This document shows positions 1-12,300 of a DNA stretch of 64,000 nucleotides, piece after piece. The notes under the pieces were generated by a model. The model searched no databases, was not told where the DNA came from, and was given only the letters and a program-made list of their open reading frames with translations. This DNA is from Ophelia neglecta (taxonomy: Eukaryota), in the NCBI GenBank assembly GCA_965285935.1, contig OZ260663.1:78864001-78928000 (forward strand). The letters are read 5' to 3'. Positions within the stretch are counted from its first letter, which is position 1, and every line of letters begins with the position of its first letter. A program made the translations under genes and the position numbers.

Positions 1-292
1 GTTCATCATTTTCATTCCCATGTGGCTTTTTGATGGAATTATCATAGTCTACATTTTATTCTACATGATAACTCATTGTAAAACTGGCTGGGACAGAGCA
101 GAGGTTTCGATGGCCAAGAAAGTGTGGTTCCTAGGTGCAATGATGTTAAAACTGGCCTTCCAAGTTATTTTGTGTTTGAGACTTCAGTATTTCCCACAAC
201 TTTCATTATATTTTATTATGATTCCGCTTTGGATCTTACTGCTCGTGATGTGTGTGGACATATTTCGGACTCTAGTACTGAGATTTAGGTGA
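1..292 (+). CDS. TMEM60: Transmembrane protein 60, 3' part (5' end lies upstream of the window)
   Basis: The frame from nt 2 reads FIIFIPMWLFD...HCKTGWDR...KKVWFLGAMMLKLAFQVILCLRL...IPLWILL, matching the TMEM60 motifs FLIFIPVWIFD / KKKAWYLIAMLLKLAF / FIPLW. Stop TGA at 290-292. Confidence 0.9.
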   Translation, partial: FIIFIPMWLFDGIIIVYILFYMITHCKTGWDRAEVSMAKKVWFLGAMMLKLAFQVILCLRLQYFPQLSLYFIMIPLWILLLVMCVDIFRTLVLRFR

Positions 293-993
293 CCAAGACA
301 ATCGCTGGATGTGTGATTGTCTGCATTTGTACAATTTCCAGTTAATTCACAAGGGATCTCATCTGACTGTAGAAGTGTAACTGAGCAACAGAGCTGAGCT
401 CTGATAACTAATATATATGGAAAAGCAACAAACAGTATACTATTTATAGTAGATTCAATTACATTGTAGATTGAAAACTAAAAGAAGAGATTTGTATCTA
501 GATAATAAATATATTGGTAATTTTTTACTTTATAGCCTTAACCTGCTAGTCCTGTCATTTGCCATAGACCGTCTGTAAATACATGCATTGCATTTAAGCA
601 AGTAGATAAATATAAGCAGTGTGTTGCAGGCATCACAACTTTATTCTGTATACAAATCTATATAGATCAAACAGCTGTGGATTTTCTTGTAATCTCTTCT
701 ACTCAGCATGTGTCATCTAACACATTTCTAAGAAAAATATTTCACCCTTAGATATAAAAAGTGACCTGGAGAAATATTCCATAAATATTCATGTTATCAG
801 CTGACTTGAGCTTCTACCTATAAACATTTGGCTCATAATGTGAAGGTGTGAACACCATACTTGATGATATGTACCAACAAGTTCGCGTAAATATCCTTTA
901 AAATGCCTTCAATATTGTTTCAAATTTGCAAACTGATGTGTAATTGATGTTACTCTTACAGTGATGCATGTACCATCCAATTTGTTGATAGTA

Positions 994-1006
994 TTTATTT
1001 AATAAA
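994..1006. promoter_or_regulatory. Back-to-back poly(A) signals (TTTATT-T-AATAAA); the + copy is a likely TMEM60 signal
   Basis: AATAAA at 1001-1006 is followed by T-rich sequence. A minus-strand AATAAA lies at 994-999. Confidence 0.45.
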
Positions 1007-1404
1007 GGTTATTATGTTTATTTTCTAGTAGCATATAGACATTTTTGCTAAAAGTAAAAAGAAAATGTCTTTTAAAGAGTGAAGATACATAGGCCTATAA
1101 TGTAAAAAACACATCCATTTTGATGCTAGGAAATTTACCCAGGTGCCAGTAAAAGTTCTGCATCATAACCATTTAGCAGAGAAAAACTATTTGCTCTGAA
1201 TAGTGGGCCCAGAATGACTAAATAGGATCATGAAATTAATTATAACTATCAATTCTGGGCAGATAATCTGCCCGTTCTTTTCTGTATGGCTCTTCATAAA
1301 TATGTCATTATTCCAGGACATTTTGCCATCATTTCTGAAATAATAACCACTTTCTCTGAATGAAATTCCTGACAAATTGGCTGTCTGATTAATTTGCATA
1401 TTTC

Positions 1405-4400
1405 CCTGTTCCTGGGGTATTGAGGTCACTGGTCCTGTAGGTCTCGAGGACACTGATCCAAGATGGCTTGTGGACACAGTTCCTGGGTTTTTTGTGGACA
1501 CTGATCCTTGGTGTTTGAAGGACACTGATCCTTGGTGTTTGAAGGACACTGATCATGATTGTTTTGGGGACACTGATCATGGGTGTGTTGAGGACAAATA
1601 TCCTGTGTTTTGAGGACACTGATCCTGGGTGTCTTGAGGACAGCGATCCTGGAGTGTTGAGGACACTAGTCCTGAGGGTCTTAATGACACTGATCCTAGT
1701 TCCTGGGGTATCTTGAGAACACTGATCCTTGTTATTTTAAGGACACTGGTCATGGATGTCTTGAAGACACTGATCATGTGTGTTTGGAGGACACTGTTCC
1801 TGGGGGTCTGAGGACACAGATTCTGTCACTGATCATGGGTGTCTTGAAGACACTGATCATGGGTGTTTTGAGGACAATGTTCCTAGGAGTCTGAGGACAC
1901 AGATCCTGGGGGTTTAAGGACACTGTTCCTGGGGGTCTTGAGGACACTGTTCCTGGGGGTCTGGAGGACACTGTTCCTGGGGGTCTGGAGGACACTTTTC
2001 CTGGGGGTCATCAAGACACTGATCATGGGTGTCTTGAAGACACTGATCATGTGTGTTTGGAAGACACTGTTCCTGGGGGTCTGGAGGACACTGATCCTGG
2101 GTGTCTGGAGGACACTGTTCCTGGGGGTCTTGAGTACACTGTTCCTGGGGGTCTTGAGGACACTGATCCTGGGGGTCTTGAGGACACTGTTCCTGGGGGT
2201 CTTGAGGACACTGTTCCTGTGGGTCTTGAGGACACTGTCCCTGGGGGTCTGGAGGACACTGATCCTGGGGGTCTTGAGGACACTGTTCCTGGGTGTCTTG
2301 AGGACACTGTTCCTGGGGGTCTTGAGGACACTGATCCTGGGTGTCTTGAGGACACAGATCCTGGGGGTCTTGAGGACACTGTTCCTGGGGGTCTTGAGAA
2401 CACTGTTCCTGGGGGTCTTTAGGACACTGTTCCTGGGGGTCTTGAGGACACTGTTTCTTGGGGTCTTGAGGACACTGTTCCTGGGGGTCTTGAGGACACT
2501 GTTCCTGGGGGTCTTGGGGACACTGTTCCTGGGGGTCTTGAGGACACTGTTCCTGGGGGTCTTGAGGACACTGTTCCTGGGGGTCTGGAGGACCCTGTTC
2601 CTGGGGGTCTTGAGGACACTGTTCCTGGGGGTCTTGAGGACACTGTTCCTGTGGGTTTGGAGGACACTAATCCTGGGGGTCTTGAGGACACTGTTCCTGT
2701 GGGTTTGGAGGACCCTGTTCCTGGGGGTCTTGAGGACACTGTTCCTGGGGGTCTTGAGGACACTGTTCCTGTGGGTCTCGAGGACACTGTTCCTGGGGGT
2801 CTTGAGGACACTGTTCCTGTGGGTCTTGAGGACACTGTTCCTGGGGGTCTGGAAAGACACTGTTCCTGGGGGTCTTAAGGACACTGATCCTGGGGGTCTG
2901 GAGGACACTGATCCTGGGGGTCTTGAGGACACTGTCCCTGGGGGTCTTGAGGACACTGTTCCTGGGGGTCTTTAGGACACTTTTCCTTGGGGTCTTGAGG
3001 ACACTGTTCCTGGGGGTATTGAGGACACTGTTCCTAGGAGTCTGAGGACACAGATCCTGGGGGTCTTGAGGACACTGATCCTGGGGGTCTTGAGGACACT
3101 GTTCCTGGGGGTCTTTAGGACACTTTTCCTTGGGGTCTTGAGGACACTGATCCTGGGGGTCTTGAGGACACTGTTCCTGGGGGTCTTTAGGACACAGATC
3201 CTGGGGGTCTTGAGGACACTGTTCCTGAGGGTCTTGAGTACACTGTTCCTGGGGGTCTTGAGGACACTGTTCCTGGGGGTCTTGAGGACACTGTTCCTGG
3301 GGGTCTTTAGGACACTTTTCCTTGGGGTCTTGAGGACACTGTTCCTGTGGGTCTTGAGGACACTGTTCCTGGGGGTCTGGAGGACACTGTTCCTGGGGGT
3401 CTTGAGGACACTGATCCTGGGGGTCTGGAGGACACTGATCCTGGGGGTCTTGAGTACACTGTTCCTGGGGGTCTTGAGGACACTGATCCTGGGGGTCTTG
3501 AGGACACTGTTCCTGGGGGTCTTGAGGACACTGATCCTGGGGGTCTGGAGGACACTGTTCCTGGGGGTCTTGAGGACACTGATCCTGGGGGTCTGGAGGA
3601 CACTGATCCTGGGGGTCTTGAGGACACTGTTCCTGGGGGTCTTGAGGACACTGATCCTGGGGGTCTTGAGGACACTGTTCCTGGGGGTCTTTAGGACACT
3701 TCCTTGGGGTCTTGAGGACACTGTTCCTGGGGGTCTTTAGGACACTTCCTTGGGGTCTTGAGGACACTGTTCCTGGGGGTATTGAGGACACTGTTCCTAG
3801 GAGTCTGAGGACACAGATCCTGGGGGTCTTGAGGACACTGATCCTGGGGGTCTTGAGGACACTGTTCCTGGGGGTCTTTAGGACACTTTTCCTTGGGGTC
3901 TTGAGGACACTGTTCCTGGGGGTATTGAGGACACTGTTCCTGAGGGTCTTTAGGACACTGTTCCTAGGAGTCTGAGGACACAGATCCTGGAGGTCTTGAG
4001 GACACTGTTCCTGGGGGTCTTTAGGACACTTTTCCTTGGGGTCTTGAGGACACTGTTCCTGGGGGTCTTGAGGACACTGTTCCTGGGGGTCTTGAGGACA
4101 CTGATCCTGGGGGCCTTGAGGACACTGATCCTGGGGGTCTGGAGGACACTGTTCCTCGGGGTCTGGAGGTCACTGTTTCTTGGGGTCTTGAGGACACTGT
4201 TCCTGTGGGTCTTGAGGACACTGTTCCTGGGGGTCTTAAGGACACTGTTCCTGGGGGTCTTGAGGACACTGTTCCTGTGGGTTTGGAGGACATTGTTCCT
4301 GTGGGTCTTGAGGACACTGTTCCTGGGGGTCTTGAGGACACTGTTCCTGGGGGTCTTGAGGACACTGTTCCTGGGGTCTTGAGGACACTGTTCCTGGGGG

Positions 4401-5126
4401 TCTTGAGGACACTGTTCCTGGGGGTCTGGAGTACACTGTTCCTGGGGTGTTTGGAAGACACTGTTCCTGGGGGTCTTGAGGACACTGTTTCTTGGGGTCT
4501 TGAGGACACTGTTCCTGTGGGTTTGGAGGACACTGATCCTGGGGGTCTTGAGGACACTGTTCCTGGGGGTCTTGAGGACACTGTTCCTTGGGGTCTTGAG
4601 GACACTGTTCCTGGGGGTCTTGAGGACACTGTTCCTGTGGGTTTGGAGGACACTGATCCTGGGGGTCTTGAGGACACTGTTCCTGGGGGTCTGGAGGACA
4701 CTGTTCCTGGGGGTCTTGAGGACACTGTTCCTGTGGGTTTGGAGGACACTGATCCTGGGGGTCTTTAGGACACTGTTCCTGGGGGTCTGGAGGACACTGT
4801 TTCTTGGGGTCTTGAGGACACTGTTCCTGGGGGTCTTGAGGACACTGATCCTGGGGGTCTTTAGGACACTGTTCCTGGGGGTCTGGAGGACACTGTTTCT
4901 TGGGGTCTTGAGGACACTGTTCCTGGGGGTCTGGAGGACACTGTTCCTGGGGTACTTAAGGACACTGTTCCTGGGGGTCTTGAGGACACTGATCCTGGGG
5001 GTCTTGAGGACACTGTTCCTGGGGGTCTGGAGGACACTGTTCCTGTGGGTTTGGAGAACACTGTTCCTGGGGGTCTTAAGGACACTGTTCCTGGGGGTCT
5101 TGAGGACACTGTTCCTGGGCGTCTTA
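1405..5126. repeat. 24-bp minisatellite array, about 150 copies (GAGGACACTGTTCCTGGGGGTCTT)
   Basis: Direct tandem repeats, degenerate at the left end. Units of 22, 23 and 25 bp break frame. Source of the KTPRNSVL, SSRPPGTV and PQDPQEQC ORFs. Confidence 0.97.
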
Positions 5127-5817
5127 ACCACTGCGGTGCTGTGGTGCTACGATATAGACGAAATAATTTCTTCATTGCCCCAACCTCGGGGAACCTGCCT
5201 AACGGACTGTATTGTCAATAGGGCTGTGGTACCCAATGCTCAACTGAGGGGTGCAGGGGCAGGCACAGCGAACATGACCGACCCTGCTCAGGAGTAGATT
5301 GACCAGGACAAATAGGCACACGTGTGGGTTAGAGGTGACTTCAGCCATGGGAATATGAGGGGCCAAACCGATCTAATGTAAATGACGCAATGCGTAAGTT
5401 CACCCTAACTCAAATGATAAGTTGTAAAAAGAATAATCTGTCTTGGGCAACATCAGCAATCCAGTGAGCTATAAACGCGGGGCTATAAAACAAATACAGA
5501 GACTCCATGCTATACATCTAGCTAAATACAGGGATTACCACAGCCTGGCAAATGAAAAATATAGAAGTCTTGCGCACAGTCTGATAACAGTCCTGAAATG
5601 ATTCTGGAACTACAAGCATACAAGTCCGGCACACACTACACTGTCTTGGGGGGGGGGGGGGAGACGGTGTATACTAGCTAGACAGATCAAAAGGATTTTC
5701 AGCATACAACAAAGACTGGACAGAAGATCCAAAGGAGTAAAATAGCAGAAATCCTGAATTATAATATCTAAATATCATTCAATGTTCACCCGACTTGGGA
5801 ACAAGCCACCTAGCGGA

Positions 5818-5893
5818 CCACGCACCCTAGAGGCGGTTACATTATGTTATGTTTCGTGTAACCACATGAATGGACCGCCTCTAGAGTACGTGG
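5818..5893. repeat. Imperfect inverted repeat (hairpin, possible MITE remnant)
   Basis: ccacgcaccctagaggcggttacatt pairs with aatggaccgcctctagagtacgtgg. Confidence 0.55.
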
Positions 5894-7219
5894 GCCAGAC
5901 CCAGATGACCCCTTTTTGAAACGAACGAGGCCAGGTGTAATCAGCCAGGGATTCTGTCATTTAGCGAAGCTTCCTATAGTTAAGGGTCCATTTCTAAAGT
6001 CATGTTAAGTTGGGACAAAGTTAGCATAACGCCAACCAAAAAGAAATTAGAAAAGGACCCATGGCTATGAAACTTAGCTTCGGCCATTAAGAAACTATTA
6101 TCGAAATTCGAATCTAGCACTGCCAGCGGTCCCAATAACCGCAGTCCCAATACCGGAACCTTGAAGGTGGATGCTAACCTCTTCAATTTCTTTGCAAACC
6201 AGCGATTGCACCAGTACTCTTTTTTTCAATGGTCGCTCAGGTTCGGTGAACTTCGCGAGGTCACCAACAAATCTCAGTAACATTGACACTTATACATTTA
6301 TAAGTAGAAATATGGTCAGAGCTGTGTTATTATAAAGTCTATCCCTTATTTGCCAGTTACAATATTACTTCATGAACCTTATGGTCAGGTACACGTACAA
6401 TTAAAAAACCAACAAACGAAAAAAAAAAATCTCTATGTAGATCTATAACCTTGTGGATCGATCTCGGGCTATTGATTAAACGCGGATGTGCGGAGGCTAT
6501 ACAGAGGGTAAGGGTATTTCCGAGTGGCAATGAGCGAAAAATTGTCAGCAAACTAGTCTAGAGCAGAAGGTTAATTTTAGGGAAAGTGTTAGGACAGGTT
6601 TATATAGGTCTAGTTCTGAGTCCTAATCTCGAGGTTAACCTCTGCAAGGCTCCGCCCCTCCACTTTAAATCAAAAGCCCACCTTCGCTTCCCAAGGTGGC
6701 TTCACCACGGTTTTACAACCTCCCTGCACCCACGGTAGGTAATGGAGCAAAGCGTATCACTCTCTCATCGTGGAGAGCGACGATGGGTGGATACTGAAAT
6801 TAAAGAAAAGTATCCATGGCCATACCTGCATTGTTGCTAACTGTATAAAGTAGTATTGTCTTGTCTTCTGGAGATTATCCTGTAGTGGCCGGGCTATTGC
6901 TCAATGGACAGAGACTTGTTTTCCTTTTCTGTGTTGTTTGTTATCGTATACTGCTACATATGTCTAGATTGGTGGACTGTCACTGAACATGGGGCGGGTT
7001 CATCTCATTCTCACAGCTATAATAACTAGTATTCATTTGACGACTGAGGTCAAGCATATCGCGTTGAACTTCTTCGTCCCAGTCACCAACTATTTGGATA
7101 CAGTATCGCGTGATAGTAACGCAAGTTTAATCCTTGCGATCGGATGTCTGCATTACTGGGAAATATAAACTAAAATGATTTCACTTCGGCCACGCCTCAG
7201 TTCCGTCATAATTACATCA

Positions 7220-7397
7220 GGGGTGGAGTTCTGGACGGCTGGAGACTTAAGTTTTGACTTACCGGGGGGGGGGGGGGGGGAGGGGTCGTACCGGTATATC
7301 AATAAATAACAGAGTTTTGCACACGCTTAGAATTGAGTATGAGACTAGAACGTGTGCAAAATCTACTGTTATTTACGGCCTTCCAGAACTCCACCCC
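7220..7397. mobile_element. Palindromic MITE-like element
   Basis: 16-bp terminal inverted repeat ggggtggagttctgga / tccagaactccacccc, with a nested inverted repeat aataacagagttttgcacacg / cgtgtgcaaaatctactgttatt. Confidence 0.6.
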
Positions 7398-8174
7398 AGG
7401 TTTTAACTAATAATGTGTGGTCAAAATAGTGGAATACCGCACGGCGTCGTTGTCTGGATGGCGTTCCTAAAGGAGTGATCAATGAAGCAGGTCGGTTAAT
7501 CTATTTGGCAATAAATACCGGGATTAAGCACGCCATGGTGTGAGTCAAACCTCACCAGGTTGTTTCAGTCGAAGGCAACATTACATACATGTAGGCCTAC
7601 GCAGTGTTACTGAAATTACCTCCAATGAACCGATTAAAAAAAGGGTCATCTCAACTATAATTATATGGCTTAATTAAGAATATAGGGCCTAGTGTTTGTA
7701 TAAGGGGGGAAGCGTTGGTAGGAGGGCGATAGGGAAGGCAAATACCTATAGCCAGTCCGAGTAAGCATTGGGCCAGTCTTCTTCTATTTTAAGCTATTTT
7801 AAGTGCTCCCCGACCAAGGGGTTTTCTACAATGTATGACCGCATGACCTCGGAGGCGAGCAATAGCATTGATTAATAGCAGGGAGGATTTATGGGCATGA
7901 GAGCTTCCCAGGTAGCACTGTCCAATGGTCTCACATTGGGCCACTTTGCTGACCCAATGTTGCCGATCGACAATGGCCCTATGGTTCGATCCTGCTATCT
8001 TGGTTTAAGGTATTGGGAGCACCAGCGTGGATACATATATAGTTGATGACTAGATCTTTAAGTTCTCCACCAGCTTGGTATTTTGCTTCCCCGAGGGCCT
8101 TCCTGTCCGTCCCTTTCCCCTGACATTAGTGCTATATTAAAAAGAAGAAGGTAAAGATAAGTTATGGGCTGTCT

Positions 8175-8349
8175 NNNNNNNNNNNNNNNNNNNNNNNNNN
8201 NNNNNNNNNNNNNNNNNNNNNNNNNNNNNNNNNNNNNNNNNNNNNNNNNNNNNNNNNNNNNNNNNNNNNNNNNNNNNNNNNNNNNNNNNNNNNNNNNNNN
8301 NNNNNNNNNNNNNNNNNNNNNNNNNNNNNNNNNNNNNNNNNNNNNNNNN
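8175..8349. other. Assembly gap or masked segment (175 N)
   Basis: Run of N, followed immediately by ctaaccctaaccc. Confidence 0.99.
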
Positions 8350-9081
8350 CTAACCCTAACCCCTTGCAACCTCCATGGGAGTCGCCGGTTTTGACACACT
8401 AGTGTTTTCAGTCGACCATGCAGCCTGGATTTCCTAGTATGTTGGAATCCGGTTTCAAAATCCTAATTCATTACGTTCCACGGTCTCAAAAGACTGCATG
8501 GTGAAAGTTCCCGGGGTTTACTTACCTTGCCTGCGGCATGTATAGGGTCCGGGGAACTACATCCGTTCTAGGCAGGGGACTGGCAATATTCGTCTACATG
8601 TGCCACGGTTCTATTGGACAGCTGCATGTAGATACATGCGAATCATTTGATTGTGTATTCGGAATGTATTTTTTAACACATTGTAGGAATAAAATTTTAA
8701 TGGGCTAAATATATAAAATATTATGGCCTACTTCATTTTATAGATGAAAAAAGTTCATTTAATATTTAATATGATGTCACTGGATAGTACACATAAAGAC
8801 TGAGCAACTCCTATAATATTAGTGTAGTGAACAATCTACCTTTTCTTTGTTAATTGTAGCTAGCATGGTGTAGGACAATGAAAGGCTGCTTCCTAAGAAA
8901 AGAAAGAGCGATGTGAGCTAATCAGCTTAGAACAACAATGAAATTAATGTGTCAAAGACAAATTCACTCAGCCAAATGTGACCAACTTTCGACCAATTGT
9001 GGCCAGGTGAAGGTCGGTTTGGAACAGGCTGCATCTAATTTACGCCGCTCTTTGTCTGGAATTTTCTTCCAAATCATCATC

Positions 9082-9388
9082 ATGGAAGATAGGTTGAATT
9101 ATCGCGTATTTAGCCCAAGTTGTAGTAATTATGGAGGCCTTAGGAGAAGATCTGATTCTGTTAACCCGCGATCATTGGACCGGTTTATACCTAACCGACG
9201 AAGCTCAGACTTAGATTCGGCCTATTTCAAGTTATGCTCCCCTCAGCGGGCCGTGTCCCAGAGCAGTTCCCCCGGGCACCCCACCCCGGGCACCCCGGTC
9301 TACCGCCGCCGGATGTCCGTCATCTCCGGGGGACGAAGTGAAGACCGGGTGCTGGTCTTCTCCCCTAGACAGCGGGACTTTAATGTCA
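9082..9388 (+). CDS. CDC20-like exon 1 (C-box at 9178-9198, KILR/MIM-like RVLVFSP)
   Basis: atcATGG start; donor ca|gtgagt. Confidence 0.85.
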
Positions 9389-12300
9389 GTGAGTAGAAAA
9401 ATAAGAAGCCTACATTGTAACCGAATCCGACCTACCTGATGTTGAATACATCGAACAAACGAATGGTTTTAATAAATGTAATTTTGGAAAGGTATGCATA
9501 AAATATACACAAAACAGGCAACTTGATTTAAAAAAATTCTCACCTAGATTTTCACTTATATTATAATATATTAGAACCCTCAGAAATACTCCAATGTAGT
9601 AAGAGCCCGTATATTATCATTCAAATTAGTATTGGGAATTCTATTTACTAATTATTAAAATAACCAAAACCGTCCCAGGTGACTGCTATGGGAGAGGCTT
9701 AAGTAAAGGTGCCATACAAAAACATAAGGTTTTTACCGTAGGTCAGGCTGGAGGGTTCACCAAGCCGACAGACAACCAGGTGTTCTCCACGCCCACTCAG
9801 CGTGGTAAGAGGGTCCTGCCCCGCTCACCCGAACGTGTCCTGGACATGCCCGAAATGAGGGACACGCTCTGTAAGTGAATCACATATTAATACATTGATC
9901 AGTAATCAAACACGTTAATAGAGAACACCTTGACTTGTGTGCTCAATGCATCTCCGACAGATGTTTCCATGCGCCATTCGGCGATACAGTTTCCTTTTCT
10001 AGGCACAAGTGCATGTACACATGCGCGCACACGAGTAACTTAAACGATGGATTATTTCTTCATATATTGCATGTTCCGAGGCAAAAGAGGTTCATTTTAT
10101 ATGTATAGGCCCTATGCGCTGATTCAGAGTGGAATCATTTCTGCACTAAAACTGGCATTAACACTGCTCTGGGGAAAGATATTGTCCTAATTTTCATGCG
10201 TATTATTAAGTAAGTGTTGACGGTTAGCAAAAAGGGAACGCACGCCTTCAGAGAGTTACTCCCAGTTGATTCATTCCCTGATAATTGTTGCCATTTTTAA
10301 TACAATTTAACTTTGTGAACATTCTCTACAGTCAGTCAGGCATTGGACTGGAGTAAAACCAATAACATCTCTGTTGCTTTGACTGGAAACGAAGTATACT
10401 CGTGGAACCACGATGTTGGCACGGTCAAGAAAGTTCCCTTTGCGGCAGACGATACTGTTGCGGTGACTGCGGTGGTTTGGGACCCCCAGGGCTACGTTCT
10501 GGCCATTGGCGACGAGGGAGGAGGCATAAAGGTAACATGTTAATATCGACATGACAAGGTAAAGGGAATGCTGGTAAATGGTATTTATGTTATAAATGTT
10601 GGAATATAAACAGGTTTATATTATGTAATACGTGTTAGAATATAAACGCGTCCTTTCTAGACCTGGGACAGCAGGAATGATGTTATAACACGACTCACAC
10701 CTGTCAATGCCGGTTGCCAGCACTGGGAGGTCATGAGTCTGACGTGGGCCCCAGATGGAAAGGTGTTCTTCAGGTGAGGTCCTATCATGTACATTGTGGT
10801 ATTTAGGATGTACATCTCTGGCATGAGTGAGGTGACTTGGGCTGTTTTTTTGTTCCGTAAAGTAACTGTAGTTAACTATAAAGTTGCCAATCATGTATAC
10901 TAATAAGTCTGTTGTCCTGGTGTGTAGTGGCCATGGCTGTGATTGTATTCAGCTGTGTGACATTCGGACTGGAGAGACCTCTGTCTTCGGCACCCTGCAA
11001 CAACAAACCGGAGTGTCTGGAGGAGCCACTGGACCGTCTGCTGGACCTTCTGGAGTGTTCGGTCTTCAGTTGTCAGCAGACGGAGTCTACCTGGCATGTG
11101 GCGGCAACCAACAAGTCAACATCTGGGATATGAGGTCTATGGAGCCCACTATCATAGCTGCCCACAGCTCCCCCGTCAAGGTGAGAGCAAAAGGGCCCAT
11201 AAGAAACGTCAGTAGCCCCTAAAGGCATATATTTACGCTAGTGAATAGGGACATTACATGTAATATAGGTCTAAAATAAGTCAATTGTGATATTAAATAG
11301 CGCAAAAAACCACTCAAACATTCAGAGAATGCATATTAATGAAACTACAATTTTACTAATAGTTATTTAAGTGTTAAAATACATAATAAGTTTGCATTGT
11401 TATGATGAATGAGTAATTTTGTGTTTCTTGGGGAGGCTTTAGCCTGGTGTCCCTGGCAATCCCGTCTCCTGGCAACTGGGGGAACAGAAGACGGACAAAT
11501 TAACGTCTGGAATACCATCACTGGAACAAAAGTTGCAAGCACTGACACAAAGTCTCAGGTACCTTTCTTCATTAATACTGATTAAGTTATTTTATCACCA
11601 TTCATCCAGCAATAATTAATGATAATTATTATTATTGTTAATATAGTCAGTAACACATTCTTTGACTCACAGGCATTACAATTTTTGACCTTTGCTGTTA
11701 CAGTGAACATATATTTACAACTTTAATTTTACCCAGATATTTAATCTAATTTGATATATCAAGCTTAAATTTGTCAACAAGGAGAAAGTTTGAAACACAA
11801 GAATTTCCAAAAAAACTATTACTGGCAGTGGTCAGTAAAAATGTGTTTAGATATTGCTGGCTGTATTTGCAATGGCTTTATAGCAGGGTTAATGGTTTTG
11901 TCCTGTTCAAATTTGTTCTACTTTATGTAATTCCATTGTTGTGGCCAATAGGTTTGCAGCATGGTGTGGTCCCCCGAGACGAGAGAGCTCGTCACCGGCC
12001 ATGGAGGAGAGCGTCCTAAGATCTACCTGTGGAAGTACCCCCACCTGGAGCACGTCGGTTCCCTGGCAGGTCACGACTCCAGAGTGCTGCATCTAGCTCT
12101 CAGTCCCAACAATAAAACACTAGGTAAGGTGGGAGAATCCCAATGAAAGAAACTATAAGGGAAGGTCAGAGAACAGCAACAAAACACTTGATATGTAATC
12201 CCCACCATAAAAGACTACTTAAAGTCAGAGAATCCTCACAATAAAATATGAGGTAAGGTCAGAAAACCCAACAGTAAGGTCAGAAAAACCCAACAGTAAG

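Noticed and set aside
1774-5297. Many long ORFs (KTPRNSVL, LRTLFLGV, PQDPQEQC, SSRPPGTV repeats) resembling mucins or cornifins
   Set aside because: They are open in nearly all frames on both strands because the unit is 24 bp. Off-length units and TAA variants interrupt every frame.
5980-6289. Short minus-strand ORFs with protein-like composition
   Set aside because: No recognisable family, internal stops, and no consistent splice sites.
8938-9081. Upstream in-frame ATG extending CDC20-like by 48 aa
   Set aside because: The extension has no family similarity and looks like promoter or 5' UTR sequence; ATG 9082 has a better context. Not fully excluded.
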